NCBI GenBank assembly: GCA_964016885.1
Contig: OZ024742.1
Coordinates: 330,460,001-330,524,000 of the forward strand
Reading direction: 5' to 3'
Length of the DNA: 64,000 nt
Source of the DNA: Eledone cirrhosa
Taxonomy: Eukaryota
Of the stretch, positions 53,770 to 64,000 are shown piece after piece. Below the pieces are notes generated by a model. It did not search any database. It saw only the letters and a list, made by a program, of their open reading frames with translations, and had not been told where the DNA came from. The position numbers and the translations under genes were made by a program. Every line of letters begins with the position of its first letter. Position 1 is the stretch's first letter.

Positions 53770-56665
53770 ATAGTTCAAGAGTAACCAATATTAAAGAGAG
53801 AGATTGAGATAGTAGAGGAGATATAAGAGGAAAGATTGGTGAGTTAGTTAGAAGCCAGAGCGTGAAGGCGTGTGCTCAATGTGCAATATGCAGTAGAAAG
53901 CAGCTAGGTGGCTGGGTTCATGCAGAGGTTAGGTGCACAGAGCTGGAAATATTCATTAGTTAAGCAAAACAAGAACACAAATTTCACAAGGAAGACATTA
54001 TTAAAAGATTGTCAACATATTTAGTTTGATGTAAGGAATGTAGAGAATAATAATAATACTAATATTAATAATAATAATGCCCGTTTACAATTGTTTCGCT
54101 ACTCCGAATAATATTTCTGGATCAGATGACTATGTATCATAATTGATCTGGTTCAGTTGAAAATAATTAACATATTTAAAAAAAACAGAGTGGCTCATCG
54201 GAACTCAAAGGAATATAAATTAAAATAATGTTACATAATATAATGTTCCATATATTAGTTTTTACTCTGGTGCCTTTGTTTAATCAGCTGTCAGCCATAA
54301 TCAAGCAGTACTCATCTGTCGCGGCTGCATTGTGTGAGATCTGACTATGGGTAACAAGATGGCTGCCAAAGGGCATATTTACCTTACTAATTAGAGGGTG
54401 GTTTCAGGGGAAGTAACTTCTCGAGAGATTAGAGATTGTGTGTATTTTATAGTTATGTGCTAGTATTTGAATTATTTAATTAAGAGACAATGTAGGGGAG
54501 GTAACTTATAATTATCGAGTTGTTCATAGCAATTTAACTTATTAGTTACAATTAGAGATGGGGCTACATGACTAAGTTGGGTCAAAAACTCTATTGGCGA
54601 AGGAATTAGCTAATGGTTATCTCTGTTCTATCGTTAATTGGTAGAGGGCTTGATAGAGTTATGTAATATACTTCTGTAACACAGAGATCACAAGATTTCC
54701 TTCGTCCATTGAACGGTTGGGTCCTAGCTACGATATCCCATTTTAGTGAGTGTTGAACTTTGTTTAATTTAAGGTCTGTAATGAGCCTAGCTAGCGTTAT
54801 AGCGTACCTTAAAAGGGTTAGAGGTAGACCGGATATAAGAGCTGGTATTCGAAGCAGTCTCAACTGTGCACCTATAGACTATGTTGGGTGGCAGGCAGTG
54901 TCCATTTAATGTCCATTTAATGGGCATGCATTGGGGTACAGGCAGTTGCAGTTGCTTCTGCGGTTAGTGAGTGTAGGGTTATTTAATCTAAGCAGTTGGT
55001 CCGTTGTAGAAGGATGAGATGGGGGAGGTGTGCTACTAGAGTAATTATTGGTGTAGTGGCGTGGTGTATTTGATAGGGGTGGTGGTACCGCGGTGTGGGA
55101 GTTATAGTGCCTTAGCTTATGATGGTTACTGAACGCGATGTGGCTAGCTGGTTAGGTGTAGTGGAGAATGAGATTTTAATGTTTTTTTATTAAAGAGTTT
55201 GTAATATCTATGGTTAGGGGGGAAGTGTTTGTATAGGATAGAGAAGAAGCGATTGTGGATATTAGTGGCTAGATTAGATGAGAATGGTGGGTTAAGCCAG
55301 GTGATATTTCTAGGCCTATTCCTTCTAGGGATTCTAGTGGAGATGGTAGGGGCCTTCCTAACCATAGATATTACAAACTCTTTAATAAAAACAACATTAA
55401 AATCTCATTCTCCACTACACCTAACCTAGCTAGCCACAGTAACCATCATAAGCTAAGACACTATAACTCCGACACGGCGGTACCACCACTCCTATCAAAT
55501 AGACCACGCCACTACACCAATAATTACTCTAGTAGCACACCTCCCCCATCTAATCCTTCTAGCACGGACCAACTGCTTAGGTTAAACAACCCTACTCTCA
55601 CTAACCGAAGAAGCAACTGCAACTGCTGGTACCCCAATGCAGGCCCATTAAATGGACACTGCCTGACACCCAACATAGTCTATAGGTGCACAGTTTAGAC
55701 TGCTTCGAATACCAGCTTTTATATCCGGTCTACCTCTAACCCTTTCAAGGTACGCTATAACGCGCACTCCTTTTCCTTCCGAGACCCAAGCAACAGATGT
55801 TCGACATCGCTAGCTAGGCTCATTAAAAACCTTAAATTAAACAAAGTTCAACACTCACTAAATGGGATATCGTAGCTAGGGCCCAACCGTTCAATGGACG
55901 AAGGGAATTTGTGATCTCTGTGTTACGGAAGCATATTACATAACTCTATCAAGAACTCTACCAATTAACGATAGAACAGATATAACCATTAGCTGTCAAC
56001 ATCGACAGGCTAATTCCTTCGCCAATTGAGTTTTTGACCCAACTTAGCCATGTAGCCCCATCTCTAATTGTAGCTAATGAGTTAAATTGCTATGAACAAC
56101 TCGATAATTATAAGTTACCTCCCCTACATTGTCTCTCAATTAAATAATTTAAATACTAGCACATAACTATAAAATACACACAATCTCTAATCTCTCGAGA
56201 AGTTACTTCCCCTGAAACCACCCTCTAATTAGTAAGCTAAATATGCCCTTTGGCAGCCATCTTGTTACCCATAGGCATATCTCACACAATGCAGCCTCGA
56301 CAGATGAGTACTGCTTGATTATGGCTGACAGCTGATGGAACAAAGGTACCAGAGTTGAAACTAATATATGGAACATTATATTATGTAACATTATTTTAAT
56401 TTATATTCCTTTGAGTTCCGATGAGTCACTCTGTTTTTTTAAATATGTTAATTATTTTCAACTGAACCATATCAATTATGATACATAGTCATCTGATCCA
56501 GAAATATTATACGGAGTAGCGAAACAATTGTAAACGGGCATTATTAATATTAATATTATTATTATTATTATTATTCTCTACATTCCTTACATCAAACTAA
56601 ATATGTTGACAATCTTTTAATAATGTCTTCCTTGTGAAATTTGTGGTCTTGTTTTGCTTAACTAA

Positions 56666-56672
<7 letters not shown>
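53770..56672. mobile_element. PLE fold-back with arms of about 1.25 kb, each carrying a decayed GIY-YIG, 3' UTR and pLTR
   Basis: About 53948-55190 is inverted relative to 55385-56672. RNITWLNPPFS, CNC..PNA.PLNGHCLTPNIVYRC, YIRSTSNPFKVRY, CDLCVTE. Flanked by (TA)n. Confidence 0.9.
56415..56535 (+). ncRNA. Hammerhead-like motif with extended stem II (U4>C core)
   Basis: gtt CCGATGA gtcactctg ... cggagtagc GAAA CAATTG TA aac. Mirror copy at 54083-54204(-). Confidence 0.55.
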
Positions 56673-56726
<54 letters not shown>

Positions 56727-57017
56727 AGAGAGAGAGATGGAAAAATAGATAAAGAGAAGAACTTCATGTAAAGAAACAGAGAGAGAGATATATATATATA
56801 GAGAGAGGAAATAGAGATATATATATATATATATAGAAAACTAGGTAGTGGGACGTCCGTTGAGTAAATGTATCAATGGTACATTTATTTATTTATTTAT
56901 TTAGCTCTAGTATTAATGTAAGGGAGATATATGGAAAAATTTAAAAATAACCAGACATAGGCGAGGCGTAAAAACCCTATGTTTTAATGTAGAGGTATTA
57001 GTATGTATAATAATTAA

Positions 57018-57962
57018 TACTCTAACCACCCCAGATCTGTCAAAAACACTATAGTAAACTCTGTTCAAAAACGTATCTCTAGGATCTCGTCGAATAGAAA
57101 GATTTTCGACGAAAAAGCCCAATACTACAATGAAGCATTAGCTAGAGCAGGATATGCTGATAAGATTGTGTACATAGATAATGATAGACAAACTAAACAA
57201 AATAACAACTATTTTAATTACGGCAACAACCTTAACAACTATAATAGAAAGCATTACAATAATTCCAAAGGCCAAAAAAGAAATAGAACTAGGAACATAA
57301 TTTGGTTTGCCCTCCCTTTCTCACTAAACATTAAAAGCCACATCACTAAACTATTTTTTAAAGCTCTTGATAATAGCTTCCCTAGAACACATAGGTATCA
57401 CTCAATTTTCAATAGACATACAATAAAATTAACCTACTCATCCACCAAAAATTTAGCACAAAATATTAATAGAATAAATAATAGGAACTTAAAACCTAGT
57501 GATAATAGCATAAATAATATACAAGTTAACAAATGTAACTGTAGAGATAGATCTAAATGTCCGTTAAATAACAACTGCTTAGTTAAAAATATAGTATACA
57601 ATTGTAATGTTAATACTGACTCTAATTCTTTTAACTACGTCGGTTCCACATCGACGGAATTTAAACTTCGCTATAATAACCACAAGAATTCTTTCACATA
57701 TCCAAGCAAAAAATCTTCAACGGCACTATCAGGCGTACTCTGGCAACTTAAGCTAGATAACGTTAGATATTCGACGGCTTGGAATATAGTCTCAAGAGGG
57801 ATTCCTTTTAATTCATCCTCTGAGACATGTGACCTCTGCGCAGAGGAGATATTCTTTATACTAAAATCTAAAAATTCCCTTAATCTACGGACAAATTTAT
57901 TCAGTTGCTGCAAACATAGATTAAATTCAACGTTTAAATATAAATTTAAATTTAAAATGTAG
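57018..57962 (+). CDS. PLE RT-thumb plus GIY-YIG endonuclease, uninterrupted but 5'-truncated frame
   Basis: SNHPRSVKNTIVNSVQKRISRISS, RNIIWFALPFS, CNCRDRSKCPLNNNCLVKNIVYNC, YVGST..FKLRYNNH, STALS, CDLCAEE, LNLRTNLFSCCKHR. Confidence 0.88.
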   Translation, partial: YSNHPRSVKNTIVNSVQKRISRISSNRKIFDEKAQYYNEALARAGYADKIVYIDNDRQTKQNNNYFNYGNNLNNYNRKHYNNSKGQKRNRTRNIIWFALPFSLNIKSHITKLFFKALDNSFPRTHRYHSIFNRHTIKLTYSSTKNLAQNINRINNRNLKPSDNSINNIQVNKCNCRDRSKCPLNNNCLVKNIVYNCNVNTDSNSFNYVGSTSTEFKLRYNNHKNSFTYPSKKSSTALSGVLWQLKLDNVRYSTAWNIVSRGIPFNSSSETCDLCAEEIFFILKSKNSLNLRTNLFSCCKHRLNSTFKYKFKFKM

Positions 57963-59348
57963 TATATTTAGTTTGATTTATAATTATATGGGAAACTAGC
58001 CGATAAATCTTTGATTTCTTCTTTTTATTCTTTTTATTTTTATTTTTATTTTTATTTAAACATTCTTCATGAAAAATTAAGCTACCCTAAAAGTTGATGC
58101 TCCAAATATTTCGAATAAACATTACACTAGATAAACTTCTATATTAAATATAAGAACACATGTAGACCAAATGGGCATCCTAAACTTTTTGAAATGATCT
58201 TTGCTAGATGCGATTTGATAGATAATTTTTTTTTTTGGCTTTATCTGTTTTTCGACTCTGATGCTTATAATGAACTTGGCAATATATTGTCAATTAATTT
58301 TGAAGGGTTGATCTTTGTGGTTTATTTTTATTTTTATTATTGTAGTATTTTCTAATATTTTTGTTTTTAATATTTTTAATATGTAATATTTTTAATATGT
58401 AATATTTTTAATATGTAATATTTTTAATATGTAATATTCTTTCGTAATATTTTTTAGTATTCTATTTTATTATTACTTATTATTATTATTGTTATTTTTT
58501 AGTTTTGTTTCTGATATATATTTTTATTAGTATATTGAAATCTGCTCTCTATTTCTGCTTGATAGATAATCTTGTAGAGTAAAGACAGGAATAGTAGTAA
58601 TATTGACTCTATATATATTTGTGTGTATATATATACACATATATGTATACTTAAATTTTTATACCGCAATGAGAATGTTTTCCGTTATCTTAGGGTTTGC
58701 AGAGTTGATCATGTAAATTCACATAGATGTTTGTAGTTATCACATAAACATATGAATTTTTTATAAAAACTAAACATAAGATCATTACTTTTCACACATT
58801 GTGGATACATGTCTCATTCAAGAATACTGATATTTACAATATAGTGGCTGGTTTTTATACATACTAATACCTCTACATTAAAACATAGGGTTTTTACGCC
58901 TCGCCTATGTCTGGTTATTTTTAAATTTTTCTCTCCATATAACAGCTGGTTTCTCTCCATATATCTCCCTTACATTAATACTAGAGCTAAATAAATAAAT
59001 AAATAAATAAATGTATCATTGATACGTTTACTCAACGGACGTCCCACTACCTAGATTTCTATATATATATATCTATCTCTATGTCCTCTCTCTCTCTCTA
59101 TATATATATATATCTCTGTTTCTTTACATGAAGTTCTTCTCTTTATCTATTTTTCCATCTCTCTATTTTGTTCCATGCATTTCTTCTTTTTCTTCTTTTT
59201 CTTCGTTTTCTGTCTTTCTTTCCTTTTTTCTCTCTTTCTTTCTCTCTGTGTACAATTTTCTCACTGCCAATTCAACTTTTTCAAATACAAGTCGATGTTG
59301 TTACGGTATGTCAAATCTATTTATCTATAAAACTGTTTATATTGTATT

Positions 59349-59406
59349 TTGTCTGAGGAAGGCATAGCATATTGTTAATATGATATCCCTGAAATATATA
59401 TAATGA
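59349..59406 (+). ncRNA. Minimal type I hammerhead ribozyme
   Basis: ttgt CTGAGGA AGG-c-ATAgCATATT gtt AATATGaTAT-c-CCT GAAA TATATA TA atga. Canonical core; stem I is G.U-rich. Confidence 0.72.
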
Positions 59407-59559
59407 AATAAATATAGTTTTATAAATATAGTTTCCATTTATTTAATATTGTAAATATACTCCAAATACTTGTCGAGTGCTTTTATATCAGTTATAAATA
59501 TTTACTAGTTGTAACCCAACAATTTAAATATAACTTTCCATATATATATATATATATAT

Positions 59560-59725
59560 TTTGTTTCTGAAATTGTTTAGCAACATTCTTTATCCGAAAA
59601 CGTGTGTTGAGACCGATATTGTTATATTTTGGGAGGGACATGTTGCCAATAAGAAACACACGCACCAGTTGCTTTCACTTCAATTTATTATAATACATTT
59701 ATAAATTTATAAATTCCCTGTTGGT

Positions 59726-59726
<1 letters not shown>
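59560..59726 (-). mobile_element. 3' fragment of the Naiad-like pLTR family between (TA)n tracts
   Basis: Reverse complement of 44795-44915 and 16665-16812. Confidence 0.85.
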
Positions 59727-59756
<30 letters not shown>

Positions 59757-59936
59757 GTTTGCAAACTCTGTTGTTCCTACCCTTTCCATCTCTCTCCGAA
59801 CTTCCTATTTCCTGTAGAAAGTCGTATGACCGATAGATCGAAACAATCATGTTCTTCTTGACAAGTGTCAAACTAATAAGACCTTCAGCTTATACATCTC
59901 TGGATCAGTTTTGTTTATTTTAAACTATACATGTAT

Positions 59937-62756
<2,820 letters not shown>

Positions 62757-64000
62757 TAAGCAAAGAGATATTTAATTTCTTGGTAATTCAACAAATATAT
62801 ATATTTATAACAGATTCGAAGCACTATCCAAGTAAAACCGTTAAGATCTCATTCCTGGATATGTCAATATTTGCGTGTAAATGTATGCGTGTTTCTGCCT
62901 GTACGTGTGTTACATTTCTTGAAATCAATGAACTATTATGTTACTTTCAAAGTATTCAATGTCATTAGCTGTGTACATTCTGTGACCAACGAAGATACAG
63001 GAATTTAGAGTACATCTAAACGTACAGAATATATAACGATGGCAATTATATTTTAATCTGATTAGTGCGATGTAATTTATATCCGATTAATTTTCTACGG
63101 TGAAATAAATATTTGATTCGATATATTATAGCACTACATATATTTTGTATGTTTTAATTAAAACAAGATTCAATCAAGTAGAAGCTGGTACACTGAGTGT
63201 GGCGAGAGATATTGAACACTGAGGAACCAAGAACATTATAGCGGTGGCGATTGTTTTCACTGGCGTCCTTAATTGTGGAGAAGTAAATAGGAACATTAGA
63301 AGAAGAAACAAGCTTAGTACTACTACCGCCATCGTAAATTCTTTATTATTATAAGAGAAGGGTAATAAAGATAACAGATTCGTATACGACAGGGGAGGAA
63401 GGATACGTCCCCAAAGATGGCGAATGCATGCATATTTACAATAAGAAAATAGAAAACCAGACAAGTATAAATAAAACAGCTCACAGGAGGAATATACAAT
63501 TAAATTAAACAATTGTCTGCACATAAAGAAATGTTGAAACAATCGGATGAACCACCACAATGGCTCCAATGCATAGAACATACGTAAGCAAGCGCAGGAA
63601 TGATTGAAAACCAGAGGGCTGGGAGAAACATACATATAATAAATGAGCCCTCAAAGCAGTAAAACACTACAGATTATATACAATTAGGAACCTCGGCTTT
63701 AGAGCAAATAAAAACAGTATTGTAAAAAGAAAGCAAATCCACAATCATGAGGAGGATCACAAAACTGACAAACAAAATATGCATTAAAATACACAGCTTC
63801 AACAAACATATGTTATCGACTCAATAAGAAGTATAATGAAATCACACATAAAATAAGGATGATTCAGGTAAAATCTTGATTTTACAGACATAAAGTTGAT
63901 GGAGAAGAATTAATGATGATGATCACAGAAAAAATGAAGACATTTCAAAGGTAAAATTGACAAAATTCATCAAAATATATAAACATTAGAAGATCAAATA

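Larger units (their letters stand above)
56723..59540 (+). mobile_element. 5'-truncated PLE with inverted 5' segment, long AT-rich 3' UTR, hammerhead and GAGTGCT tail
   Basis: About 56735-57010 is inverted relative to 58856-59163. Open thumb plus GIY-YIG frame. Whether 59230-59540 belongs to the same insertion is inferred from adjacency. Confidence 0.82.

Noticed and set aside
63174-63635. 153-aa hydrophobic minus ORF as a possible HS3ST N-terminal exon
   Set aside because: No sulfotransferase motif and it ends in a stop. More likely the antisense of A-rich decayed repeat sequence.

Overview
AT-rich, microsatellite-dense animal genomic DNA. The SINE types suggest a cephalopod such as Octopus, but that is inference. 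The only host coding sequence I can support is a minus-strand exon (470 to <1) of a heparan sulfate 3-O-sulfotransferase (HS3ST family). Its upstream exon was not found, so most of the window is probably one very large intron. That region holds a decayed CR1-type LINE, a tandem array of R4/Dong-like RLE retrotransposons in (TAA)n, tandem RTE 3' ends, tRNA-derived SINEs, an internally deleted LTR element and several Penelope-like elements (PLEs). The most striking pattern is a dozen or more mostly unrelated fold-back or tandem elements sitting in (TA)n. Many carry minimal type I hammerhead ribozymes with palindromic stem III. Two unrelated families have a U3:A8 compensatory core, three motifs share a C.C mismatch in stem II, and many end in an unduplicated tail with a shared GAGTGCT motif about 40-60 bp from the (TA)n boundary. 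All calls were made by eye and element boundaries are approximate.
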